Assembly: GCA_937877455.1 (NCBI GenBank)
Contig: CALFIU010000189.1
Coordinates: 28,852 to 92,851 of the forward strand
Origin: an uncultured Bacteroidales bacterium
GTDB taxonomy: Bacteria; Bacteroidota; Bacteroidia; Bacteroidales; UBA3824
Length of the DNA: 64,000 nt
Reading direction: 5' to 3'
The position numbers were made by a program, and so were the translations under genes. Positions within the stretch are counted from its first letter, which is position 1; each line of letters starts with the position of its first letter. Below the pieces are notes generated by a model. That model made no database searches. It saw only the letters and a list, made by a program, of their open reading frames with translations, and was not told where the DNA came from. Positions 38,469 through 47,515 of this stretch are shown here, piece by piece.

Positions 38469-38476
38469 CCCCCCCG
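38469..38476 (-). repeat. G8 homopolymer in the C-terminal C5-MTase fragment (codons 29-31)
   Basis: C8 on the plus strand. Encodes IDSGGAK. Confidence 0.95.
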
Positions 38477-38675
38477 AATCGATAGTCCGTATCGCACCAA
38501 TAGTATTATCCTTAAAGGTTCTCAATCCTTCGTCATATCTTCTTTCGCACACAATCTTCATTTACCTTTTCTATCCTCAATATCATGTTTGATGTTTGAA
38601 GTGTCGGACAAGTCCATCCATTGTCTTGAACTCTTCCACGTTTTAATTTGCTTTTGGGGTAACTTGCATTAAATA

Positions 38676-38684
38676 CCCCCCCCC
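38676..38684 (-). repeat. G9 homopolymer at a frame junction between TRD-like segments
   Basis: The minus strand reads GATGCGGGGGGGGGTATTTAA. A G8 tract would read on into VFNASYPKSKLKRGRVQDNGWTCPTLQT. Confidence 0.95.
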
Positions 38685-39030
38685 GCATCACAGAGTATAT
38701 AACCCTTTTTAGTTGCCTGTCTTATTCTTATTTTGTCCATTTATTTTCACCAATACTTTTGGTTCATGCCCCCCACCTTGGCAAGTATTAAGTGTTGGAC
38801 ATAAACCATAGACGGAATAAACTCTTCCCACTTGTGGATTTTTAAAATTGTTTTCTTTTTGAATGTTTCCAAGCAAAATTATATCTTTTGTTTTATCTTG
38901 CATTATTTATATTCTATAATACCACTTTTCTCTTTTCTTCTGTTTCCGATTCCAGAATCATATCTTGCCGTAATGCAGCAAGCCACATCAACAACTCCTG
39001 CACCATTCACACACAAGTCAATACCTTGCC

Positions 39031-39075
39031 TCTTGTCTTGTCTTGTCTTGTCTTGTCTTGTCTTGTCTTGTCTTG
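39031..39075 (-). repeat. Pentanucleotide repeat (TCTTG)9, GACAA on the coding strand, inside the C5-MTase after motif VIII
   Basis: Nine perfect copies. It is translated as (DKTRQ)3 and followed by a stop in the present frame. Confidence 0.95.
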
Positions 39076-39941
39076 TCGGCTTCTAAGACACCATCGTGTA
39101 GTAAATCTCTTATAAGACTTCTTGCTTTTTCTGTGTTGATGTAATACTTTTCATCAACTTCATCTTCGAGCATGTCTAATAAACACTTCCCATCTGATAT
39201 CGGTTCTGGAAATTTAAATTGTCCGTTATCCATTTCCTTCTTGATTATGATTAGATATAATCTTTCTCTGTTTTGAGGTATGCCATAATTCTTAGCATTT
39301 AATACTTGCCAATAACAGTTATATCCATATTCGCCAAGTTCAGATATGAATAAATCAAAAGTAGGTTTAAATCTCTTGCTTACAATATTCTTTACATTCT
39401 CGTATATTCCCCAAGTAGGTTTATTTTCTTTTATGATACGCAACCATTCAACAAGTAGTGAAGATCGTGTTTTGTCAAGGTTCTGGCTACCGCAATTAGG
39501 GCATTTATTTCTTTTTGAATAATGAACTGTTAATGGATTATACTCGCATCCGCAATCGGAGCATTGCCATCTGCTGCCTTTCTGTTTTCCAGCTATTGAA
39601 AAATCCTGACATGGACTCCCACCGCAAATCATTGTAAATGGAAAAAGATTGTGTTCATCAACTTTTGTTATATCACCGAGATTTAAACTCTCATCTACTC
39701 CGTGAATTGCGCAGAAGCTTTTTGTTGCAAACTTATCAAATTCGCAGAAGTTTACAAGTTCATAACCTCGATCCGATAAAACAATCTTTTTATCGTTACT
39801 ATCTTCCATAAACTACCTATTTTAGCGCACTTTGAAAACCGTAACGCTTCACCTTTCTTGATTTTGTCGGCAAGCGAAAAATCTTTTTGACTATTTTAGC
39901 GAGTTTATTTTCACTGAAACGTTAATAAAAAGATTGTTTCT

Positions 39942-40007
39942 TTATCTTGCCTTATTTATTGTACTATATTAACACAATTTAGTCAAGTGTTATTTTGCAT
40001 TATCAAT
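39942..40007 (-). promoter_or_regulatory. Motif-bracketed promoter: GATAATGCAAAATAA-N3-TTGACT-N17-TACAAT-N7-GCAAGATAA
   Basis: The minus strand reads TTGATAATGCAAAATAACACTTGACTAAATTGTGTTAATATAGTACAATAAATAAGGCAAGATAA. Confidence 0.7.
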
Positions 40008-40404
40008 TATGTTTATTTAAAATGCCATGCAGTATGGCCTCTAAATCGACTACACTTTTATCAACCTTAGATGCTATATCATCAATTTTCAAAGTTTCGA
40101 CAAGTCCACTTGAATATATAACATGATATATTACATTATGAATTGTATCTGCTGTATCATAATCTTCTATATAAGTGATAAGACACGGCAACCCAACTTT
40201 AGTTAAAACAATATCGCCAATTTCATATACTCCGTAATAGGATAAGACAGCTTCAGTAACATCATCAAAATCCATCTTATCTAATTTTCGGCTGCTAAAA
40301 CTTTCGTCAGGAAAGAAGCATCTCCATTTTCCGTTTGTGCTTGGATAATCCTTTTTTGCCCTCTCGACTTCTTGAATAATCCATTTAGCTTCGTTATAAG
40401 TCAT
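40003..40404 (-). CDS. Hypothetical protein
   Basis: Co-oriented ORF. Confidence 0.45.
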   Translation of the reverse strand: MTYNEAKWIIQEVERAKKDYPSTNGKWRCFFPDESFSSRKLDKMDFDDVTEAVLSYYGVYEIGDIVLTKVGLPCLITYIEDYDTADTIHNVIYHVIYSSGLVETLKIDDIASKVDKSVVDLEAILHGILNKHN

Positions 40405-40742
40405 TTATATTCCTCTTTCACTGGTATGCATGTTTGTTCTTTTATTTTCCCAAGTTCCCAATCATCAAACAACATTCTTAATGCTTTCTCTACAACATCT
40501 TTTTCTGCTTGATACATAAGCATCGGACACTCAACATCACGAATAACATTCAAAACCATTTCAGCCCAATGTGCATCTTTGTCCGTTACTTCAAATCTGC
40601 TTCTGTACGGTTTTAGTTCTCTTATTCTGCTCTGCGTTGTTAGTGCGCCTGTCTCTGCTGTAATATCCAACACTTCTTTAATACTTACTGGATAATCTTG
40701 TTCAATGCCAACATAGCCCATCTTATAGTCCTTTATTTTCAA
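40401..40742 (-). CDS. Hypothetical protein
   Basis: Co-oriented ORF with 4-nt overlaps. Confidence 0.45.
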   Translation of the reverse strand: MKIKDYKMGYVGIEQDYPVSIKEVLDITAETGALTTQSRIRELKPYRSRFEVTDKDAHWAEMVLNVIRDVECPMLMYQAEKDVVEKALRMLFDDWELGKIKEQTCIPVKEEYK

Positions 40743-41167
40743 TAACTGGAATGTTCTAAAAATGCATCATTAAATATTAACCTATGTGTTCCAATCTCAT
40801 AAATAAAAGTTTCTGAAATAATTGGTTTTAAATGTTTAATAAATCTTATAACGATTTTTTTATTATCTTTAACTACAATTATCTTTTGTTTGCCTCTGTA
40901 AAAATAATGAATACCATTTTCCACATCACTAAGCTTCACATTTTTAATTTGTTTAATACTATTTGTATATTCATATTCTTTGAATGAATTTACCAAGTAT
41001 GATAAGCCATCATTTATGTTGCTTATAAACTTTTCGTACTGTTCAAGTGTTAAATAATCTAATATGATATTCTTACCATTTAATGTTAAGATATAATAAT
41101 CTCCATCAATATTCTTATCTTCGCTGTGTTTATAAAGAAGCATATTAAATAATCTTTTTATATACAT
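40739..41167 (-). CDS. Hypothetical protein
   Basis: Co-oriented ORF. Confidence 0.45.
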   Translation of the reverse strand: MYIKRLFNMLLYKHSEDKNIDGDYYILTLNGKNIILDYLTLEQYEKFISNINDGLSYLVNSFKEYEYTNSIKQIKNVKLSDVENGIHYFYRGKQKIIVVKDNKKIVIRFIKHLKPIISETFIYEIGTHRLIFNDAFLEHSSY

Positions 41168-41185
41168 ATTTAATCTAGATCACCA

Positions 41186-41986
41186 TCACACATTTTCTAA
41201 ACTCTTAAATGTTTCATATACATTGATTATATTTTCGTAGATTAGTAAGTTTGATTGAAGTTTATCTTTTTCTTTGTCGTCAAATGTAGTACAAATTGAA
41301 GTTTTTATTTCTTCTATTTTTTCTTTTATATATTTTTTAAACATATCCTCTAAATCATCCCTCAATTGTGTTCTATTCTTTAAAGCAACGGATACAAACT
41401 GATATATTTTTGTGCTTTCACTAATAGAACCACCGTGTTGACCACATTTTGTTAGTGTATCAAGATTATCAAATATCGGTATTTTAATTCCATGAACATT
41501 TCGTAAAATATCTGTTGCTTCTTTTATTATATTAATTGGTATTAACCAACCTGAATCTTTATTTGTTCTATAGTCATATATATATGAAAGAAACATTCTA
41601 TAATCCGAAATATCAGGGCTATTTTTATGGCATTGTTCGCATATTAAAAATAAGTTTTCAGGCTTATCTTCTCCTCCAAGCATTTTAGGTTTAATATGCG
41701 CTCTATTTAAGTAGTGTTTTGATGTTTTCGAATCCCAAATTCTTTTTAAACCTTTATCTGAATTGTCTGAAATCCACTCATCATATTTCTCTTCTTTTTC
41801 TACTGGAATTACTTTTCTACAACACCAACATTCTGGCTCGCCCCAATCAGTAACCACTTCAATAGTCTTGTCATAATATTCTGGAATATTAGGGTATACA
41901 TTTCCGAATTTATCTATGCATTTATCCTTCCAATAATCAAATATTTTTGAGTGTGGTATCGTAGTACCAGATTTATAATCGCTCAT
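41186..41986 (-). CDS. HNH endonuclease domain protein
   Basis: Contains CWCCRK ... NRAHIKPKMLGGEDKPENLFLICEQCH. Confidence 0.65.
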   Translation of the reverse strand: MSDYKSGTTIPHSKIFDYWKDKCIDKFGNVYPNIPEYYDKTIEVVTDWGEPECWCCRKVIPVEKEEKYDEWISDNSDKGLKRIWDSKTSKHYLNRAHIKPKMLGGEDKPENLFLICEQCHKNSPDISDYRMFLSYIYDYRTNKDSGWLIPINIIKEATDILRNVHGIKIPIFDNLDTLTKCGQHGGSISESTKIYQFVSVALKNRTQLRDDLEDMFKKYIKEKIEEIKTSICTTFDDKEKDKLQSNLLIYENIINVYETFKSLENV

Positions 41987-42047
41987 AAAGTCCTTTCTAC
42001 TTTTTTTATGCGCCGCGCCAAAACACGGCTCAATGAATTATTCTGCA

Positions 42048-43314
42048 TTATTTATTGATTGTTAAATATTTTTGTGTTTTTTCGTTGCCATACTCTTTTT
42101 CATACTTGTCATAATTCGGAATATACATTTTCGTGTTCCCATGCATATTTATGTATTGCATCACAAACCAATATCCAAGACCTTTATTTGACGGTTTCCA
42201 CAAACCATTTTCATCAAATGCGCCGCCTCTTAAAATGTAATCCTGAATCTTCGGATTTGATAATTCTTCAATTAGTTCTAACCGATTAGGACGTTTTTCT
42301 AAATGCAGTCCGAACCCACACATGCAGCATCCAGTCCTTGAACATCCTGTTGTTTTTAAGCATGGTCTATCTAATTCAAATATTCCTTTATCCTCATATC
42401 CCACAACGTCAAATTTAGAACCATCATCGGCTACAATATCACCATATACGGGGCATAATTTTATATCATGTAGAAGTGCATACAAAAGAATATCTTGCTC
42501 AAACCAGAATGACATCGGATTACTGATGGGATTTTTAGCATCAAACATATTACATCCGTGTTGAAGCCATTTCTGCGTTCTAAGCCTACTTTCACTTGCC
42601 ATTTGTGCAGTGATACCTTTTCTTCCTGTCTGCTTCGTATATGTGTGCATTGGTGATTTTTTCATTACATTGCAACACTTATTTGATATTTCAAAAGGAG
42701 CTTCAAGTAAAAACTGCCATTTTACTTGCGTAAATTGTGACTTATCTTTTTCAGGGATATTCGCCTTTATCTGTTGATCCTTCGTCAGCATCCCCAACAT
42801 TTGAGCGAGTCTCTGATTGTTGCCTCCTTTGTGGTTTTTCATTCTGTAATTTAGTATATTCGCCAATTCCTCGGAGTTTGCGATATTTGTTATCGTACCC
42901 CCCCTCGACATTGAAATCAGGCATTGTCTCTTCTTCTATCAGCTTTGTCAAATATTTTCTTGCACCAGATACACATTCCGATACTTCTTTTGATACGAAT
43001 GGATAACCATATTTTTCTATCGTTTGTTTAAATCCCATTTTAGGTTTAATCCAATCAACGTTATCAAAAGTCTTTACAAAACTTCTAATCTCTGGATATT
43101 CCAAACCAGTATCAGAATAGACTGCTTTAATATTTGGATACATTTCTCGTGCAATATGTAAAAGAACCGTACTGTCTTTGCCTCCACTGAACGAAACAAA
43201 CACACCATCTTCTCCATATTCATTTACCCATTGTCTAATTCTGTTCTGCGTCATGCGAACTTTTATATCAAGAGGTAATGCTTGCATTTGTTGTAAGTCT
43301 TGCCGTGTTCTCAT
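42048..43314 (-). pseudogene. PAPS-reductase/DndC-like PP-loop enzyme, split by a frameshift at a G7 tract
   Basis: The upstream ORF has the FSGGKDS PP-loop and the downstream ORF has the Cys-rich C-terminus (CSRTGCCMCG). The two frames overlap, and removing one G at 42898-42904 gives ...FNVEGGTITNIANSEE... Confidence 0.75.
42898..42904 (-). repeat. G7 homopolymer at the PAPS-reductase-like frame junction
   Basis: C7 on the plus strand. Confidence 0.95.
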
Positions 43315-44119
43315 ATATTTTTATTTTAACCTCACTATGATTCTTAATTTTCGAACAAATTTTTTGCAACGCTTCTTTGTCCGACATATAAAAATGATCT
43401 TCGCCTAATATATTTACAACAGCCTGACCAAATCTAATCATCGGATACTGACTATGATAATCAAGCATCGCCTGAACGATGTTATCAAAATCATCTTCCT
43501 CTACTGCGTCACGGCTATACTTTGCCTTTGGATTGTAATGATCGACAATGTATTGTAATGTTCTCGGCGCATAATCTATGTACGGATACATGCATCCAAC
43601 GTTATAAATCTCGCACGGAAATCCTTGACGATTTAACATAGCGGTGAGCCTACGTTCCATCTCGCTCTCAGCCGAATTGTGCGAATGACCATGAAGCATA
43701 ATAGCATTTCTGTAATGGTGGTTGTAAAATGGTATATAATAATGCGATAAAATTACTCTTTTATTAGCACCATTTACTTCATCATTGACCTCTTTATATG
43801 GAACAACTTCCTCGAATAGTTTTTTAAAACGATCATTTACAAATTTGTCGTGATTGCCAAGTATAAGATGCTTATTTCCATTCAGATTATTCAATAGTTC
43901 TTTGTAATAATCGAAATTCTGGTTGCTTACTTTCCACGCTATATCACCAAGGCAATACACATGATCTGCATTGGTTACGACAGCATTCCATTTCTTAGTT
44001 ATAGTATCATGCATTTCATCCAAATCTTTGAAACCACGATTATCAAAATCTTTTCCTGCTTTAGTCACGTTTATATGCCCTAAATGCAAGTCAGAAATAT
44101 ATAGTTTACGTTCACCCAT
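43268..44119 (-). CDS. Calcineurin-like metallophosphoesterase
   Basis: Motifs DLHLGH, GDIAW, GNHD and GHSH. Confidence 0.75.
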   Translation of the reverse strand: MGERKLYISDLHLGHINVTKAGKDFDNRGFKDLDEMHDTITKKWNAVVTNADHVYCLGDIAWKVSNQNFDYYKELLNNLNGNKHLILGNHDKFVNDRFKKLFEEVVPYKEVNDEVNGANKRVILSHYYIPFYNHHYRNAIMLHGHSHNSAESEMERRLTAMLNRQGFPCEIYNVGCMYPYIDYAPRTLQYIVDHYNPKAKYSRDAVEEDDFDNIVQAMLDYHSQYPMIRFGQAVVNILGEDHFYMSDKEALQKICSKIKNHSEVKIKIYENTARLTTNASITS

Positions 44120-44453
44120 TCATGTCTACCATCCCATGTGTATATTGATTCCAAACATAGTCTATAAAGATGTCCCAATTTAATCTAACTTGACTAAACA
44201 CATCGACCTTCTCTTTTTTAAACTTCTTGCTTTCAGGAAAATCTGAAAGAATAATCTCCCATTCACATTTTGACCAGAAGTAATACATCAATTCTGCGTA
44301 AACATCTTTTTCGAATTTTTCAAAATTATTTTTACACTCAATCCACGCTTTGTCGCATCCTTTTTTAAAACTTGCGTGATCGAAAATGTTATAGATTTCT
44401 ATTCGTCTACGGTTTATACTATCGACATAGACATTCCATTTTAATTCCTTCAT
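44112..44453 (-). CDS. Hypothetical protein
   Basis: Co-oriented ORF. Confidence 0.45.
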   Translation of the reverse strand: MKELKWNVYVDSINRRRIEIYNIFDHASFKKGCDKAWIECKNNFEKFEKDVYAELMYYFWSKCEWEIILSDFPESKKFKKEKVDVFSQVRLNWDIFIDYVWNQYTHGMVDMNG

Positions 44454-44701
44454 ATATCACCAACAAAACTTAATTGTTCAAGCTGTACATTATTGTTATC
44501 GTGTTTTCTTGTATTATTTCTTGGTTGGTATTTGCGACCTGTTACAACATCGCCCAAATCTGACATTACAAAATTCTTACAATGGGTTTCTCTTTTGATC
44601 TGTTCTTCAGTCCAATGTGGCTGTTTGCCTTTTGGATGATTACTACATCTATAATCGTCAGCTTCGAAACAGAACGCGCAATATCTGCAATATTGTTTCA
44701 T
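44450..44701 (-). CDS. Small Cys-rich protein
   Basis: Contains CRYCAFCFEADDYRC. Confidence 0.4.
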   Translation of the reverse strand: MKQYCRYCAFCFEADDYRCSNHPKGKQPHWTEEQIKRETHCKNFVMSDLGDVVTGRKYQPRNNTRKHDNNNVQLEQLSFVGDI

Positions 44702-44718
44702 TTTTCAAAACCCCGATT

Positions 44719-45477
44719 TTATGCTATCTGGATTATCTGTTCATATAAAAGAATGAATTTTCCCATGATTTGTTTATTATCATGATAATGCGCGAAAAAC
44801 CACTTGTTAAACTTCAACCCATCCCATAACAACTCATTAAAATACCATGTTAGTTTATCTCTATCAGTGAAACCAATTACAGAAGATACTTCTTGTGGCG
44901 CACAATGGCTAATCACAAAATCAACTTCATTATTCACGGCTTTCAATGATTGTCGCCCACGCTCCATTTCTTCATCGCTCGGCATTTCCTGTTCCCACCA
45001 TGAAACGCCTTTAACCCTGAAGAATGCTCCACGTTTTCTAAGACTTTCATATACGTTTCTGAACTCACCCGGACGATCAATATAATCATCGGGGTCTAAA
45101 ATGCCATCTTGAATGTCGTGTGAACTTGCGCCACCAAACGCAAAAAACTTTTTATCGCAAATATCAAATACATAGCCACGCATTAAATGATAGATATTAT
45201 CTGCTATCTTGTGCGCCTTGCCACCGTGAAAATCTACGACAGGATATGTATATAACAAATCAAAATTTTCGTGATTACCATCAATAAAAACTGTTGTGAA
45301 TGGTTTATCGTTTAGCCATTTCAACCAATACTTTTCCTCTTTTGAGTGCGACCATACCAGACCAAAATCTCCCAAGATAATAACGCAATCATCTTGCGTC
45401 ATTTCTTTTTGTTCTGGAAAATTATCAACACTGAATCGGCGCGGATCTCCATGTATATCACCTGTCACGAAAATCAT
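44719..45477 (-). CDS. Metallophosphoesterase (lambda-type Ser/Thr phosphatase-like)
   Basis: Motifs GDIHGD, LGDFG and GNHENF. Confidence 0.75.
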   Translation of the reverse strand: MIFVTGDIHGDPRRFSVDNFPEQKEMTQDDCVIILGDFGLVWSHSKEEKYWLKWLNDKPFTTVFIDGNHENFDLLYTYPVVDFHGGKAHKIADNIYHLMRGYVFDICDKKFFAFGGASSHDIQDGILDPDDYIDRPGEFRNVYESLRKRGAFFRVKGVSWWEQEMPSDEEMERGRQSLKAVNNEVDFVISHCAPQEVSSVIGFTDRDKLTWYFNELLWDGLKFNKWFFAHYHDNKQIMGKFILLYEQIIQIA

Positions 45478-46100
45478 TCATCATACCTCTCTAATTTCTG
45501 TTCTTTTGTTTGCAATATAAACGATCTGTAATTTTCATAATCTGCGAATGTAATATACTTACCATTGATTACATCGAAACAGTTTTCATTTCTTGCTAAT
45601 TCATATCCATTCGCGCTGATTATAAAGTAAACATCTTTATTCTCTTCTGTTTCTATAACCAATGGAATAAGACTTTCTTTTATATCAATTACATTGTCAA
45701 TACTTAATCCGCTGTCAATAGCATCAAACAAGAACCATAGTTCTTTAGCATCTGGATTTTCCTGTGACATGCGCCCCATTTTTCTGGCTATATTTTCAAG
45801 AACGTTTACAATGTTTTCGCCTTCGCTACTCATCATTGTTCTTGCTACGATATCAAAACTTCCATAAAACGCAGCCTTACTTCTTAACTCTCTCTCGCCA
45901 TTCTGCATATTGCTATGAAACAGCACAGGAATATCTTTGTTTTTCAAACTTTGATTTATTTGCTTGAGCATCGTTGTTTTTCCTGCACCATTACATCCGA
46001 CAAGAACGGTTAATCCGGGGTTTATCTTTATCTGTTTCTTTTTGAAGATGGCGCAATCATCACCATACCAGTCATTAGATAATCTAAACTGTCTGCTCAT
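45474..46100 (-). CDS. Compact ABC-type ATPase
   Basis: Walker A GCNGAGKTT, signature-like SSEGE, and Walker B LFDAIDSG. Confidence 0.6.
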   Translation of the reverse strand: MSRQFRLSNDWYGDDCAIFKKKQIKINPGLTVLVGCNGAGKTTMLKQINQSLKNKDIPVLFHSNMQNGERELRSKAAFYGSFDIVARTMMSSEGENIVNVLENIARKMGRMSQENPDAKELWFLFDAIDSGLSIDNVIDIKESLIPLVIETEENKDVYFIISANGYELARNENCFDVINGKYITFADYENYRSFILQTKEQKLERYDE

Positions 46101-46552
46101 ACCAATATACCATCAAGAATACTGCTTACAAGTTTGCCATCTGCTTTACCTTTAACCTTCGGCATAAGCTCTTTCATAATGATACCTTTACTTTTCTTTG
46201 TTGCTGGATTATCAGAAGTAAAGCCAAGAGATAACATGACCTCTTCAATAACGGCTCTGATCTGTGTTTCATCCATCAATTCAGGAGCAAACTTCTTTAG
46301 TATTTCTATCCTTCTCTTGCATTGTTCGATAATATCCGTCCTATCTTCGGGACACATGTCTAACGTTTCCTGTGTCTGTCTGATTTCCTTATAGACAACA
46401 GCATTCTCTTCATCTTCCGTAAGCTCACGTTGTTTATCAATTTCCGCATTCTTTAACGCAGAAAGAAGCAATGAAAGCGTATCTTTTGTTTCTTGGTCAT
46501 GAGCTTTCATTGCGTCAATCATGCACATTCTTACATAATCTTCTTTCTTCAT
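46097..46552 (-). CDS. GatB/YqeY-domain protein
   Basis: AMKAHDQETKDTLSLLLSALKNAEI ... KGKADGKLVSSIL matches the YqeY pattern. Confidence 0.8.
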   Translation of the reverse strand: MKKEDYVRMCMIDAMKAHDQETKDTLSLLLSALKNAEIDKQRELTEDEENAVVYKEIRQTQETLDMCPEDRTDIIEQCKRRIEILKKFAPELMDETQIRAVIEEVMLSLGFTSDNPATKKSKGIIMKELMPKVKGKADGKLVSSILDGILV

Positions 46553-46566
46553 CTGGTTTCCTTTCT

Positions 46567-46599
46567 AAAAATGGCGCAATATATTTCAACTGCGCCATT
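46567..46599 (-). terminator. Hairpin plus U-run between the conserved motif and the yqeY-like gene RBS
   Basis: The minus strand reads AATGGCGCAGTTGAAATATATTGCGCCATTTTT. Confidence 0.55.
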
Positions 46600-46611
46600 A
46601 TCTTGCATTAT

Positions 46612-47268
46612 TTATTCATCCTTCTTCTCAGCTTTTTCTAATTCATCAAGAAGTCCTTTGAAAGACGCTTCAAGTTCTGTTGATGCTTGTTTTGAAACAT
46701 CATTGATTGCACGTTTATACGCTTCTGTCATTTCACGGATACGATCTTCACGCTTTTTGTTTTCAATACGCCGTGTCTCTTGCTTAATAGATGCAAGTTT
46801 CATTCTTTCTTCTTTAACTTTCTTTAGTTCTTCTTCTCTCTTTTTCTTTGTCGCGTCAACCTTTGTAAGTGCATATTTGATAATTTTGTTGTAAACAGAT
46901 GATCCAGTTCCGATAATATCCATATCTGCAAACATCTTCTTAACAACACAAATCAGAATACCAGTTTCAAGACTGAATACATCACCTTCATTCAGATGCG
47001 CAACTTCTTTCGTTCCGTCTGCAAACTCTACGAATACTGTTTTGTCATTCGGATTAGACACGTTGATAATGTCTGGCATTAAATTTGTATGACCGATAAT
47101 GCCGTTATCCTTATTAAGATATCCAAGGAATAGATCACCATCGTCCGCGAATAGCGTGCTGCCGACAGTATTTTGTTCCATCATGTTACGGAGAAATTCA
47201 ATGAAATCATTTTCATTTTTACCGTTGTAAAGCCCACATTCAACTACACTTAGTTCATTTTCGCCCAT
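46612..47268 (-). CDS. Hypothetical protein with C-terminal coiled coil
   Basis: Co-oriented ORF with a K/E-rich tail. Confidence 0.45.
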   Translation of the reverse strand: MGENELSVVECGLYNGKNENDFIEFLRNMMEQNTVGSTLFADDGDLFLGYLNKDNGIIGHTNLMPDIINVSNPNDKTVFVEFADGTKEVAHLNEGDVFSLETGILICVVKKMFADMDIIGTGSSVYNKIIKYALTKVDATKKKREEELKKVKEERMKLASIKQETRRIENKKREDRIREMTEAYKRAINDVSKQASTELEASFKGLLDELEKAEKKDE

Positions 47269-47303
47269 GATTTTTCCTCCATGTTCTTTGTTTTTAGTGG
47301 CAG

Positions 47304-47384
47304 TGCGGATGAAGGGATTCGAACCCTTACGCCTTTCGACATTAGTTCCTAAGACTAACGTGGCTGCCGTTACACCACATCCGC
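47304..47384 (-). tRNA. tRNA-Leu (anticodon TAG), class II
   Basis: Folds by hand as GCGGATG/CATCCGC acceptor, anticodon arm TTAGT-CTTAGGA-ACTAA, a 13-nt variable arm, and T arm AAGGG-TTCGAAT-CCCTT. Confidence 0.85.
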
Positions 47385-47389
47385 ATTTA

Positions 47390-47483
47390 CAAGGCGCATT
47401 TGTTGTTTGGTGTCCTTGTCGGACAAAAAGATAATTCCCATAATCATCGCTTGTTAAACATTTACGATTGCTGTATGCGCCTT
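47390..47483 (-). ncRNA. ACAGCAA-box structured RNA, stand-alone copy (closing helix AAGGCGCAT/ATGCGCCTT)
   Basis: The 9-bp closing helix encloses AU-ACAGCAAU, an ATCG...CGAT hairpin and a GTCC-GACAA-GGAC hairpin. Confidence 0.6.
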
Positions 47484-47515
47484 TCGTGCTATAATAACAA
47501 CCCTTTACAGGGTAA

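Larger units (their letters stand above)
38070..39809 (-). pseudogene. Fragmented or split multi-TRD cytosine-5 DNA methyltransferase locus
   Basis: 39018-39809 carries motifs I-VIII (GGSPCQDFS, ENV, QNRERL) and 38070-38561 carries motifs IX-X (RKLTPKECFRLMGF, GNS). Between them lie at least three TRD-like segments in different frames, including ...ITARYDSG..., ...GLCPTLNT... and ...RQATKKGY...RGRV...CPTLQT. Confidence 0.8.

Noticed and set aside
39031-39075. (TCTTG)9 and the dispersed 18-nt motif considered as a CRISPR-like array
   Set aside because: The pentanucleotide array has no spacers. The 18-nt motif copies are kilobases apart and always in promoter or leader positions. No cas genes are present.
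28291-42904. Dismissing the poly-G tracts as sequencing artefacts
   Set aside because: Homopolymer errors can change a tract by plus or minus one, so the ON/OFF states reported here are uncertain. They cannot create 7-9-nt G runs specifically inside modification genes, so the tracts themselves are treated as real.
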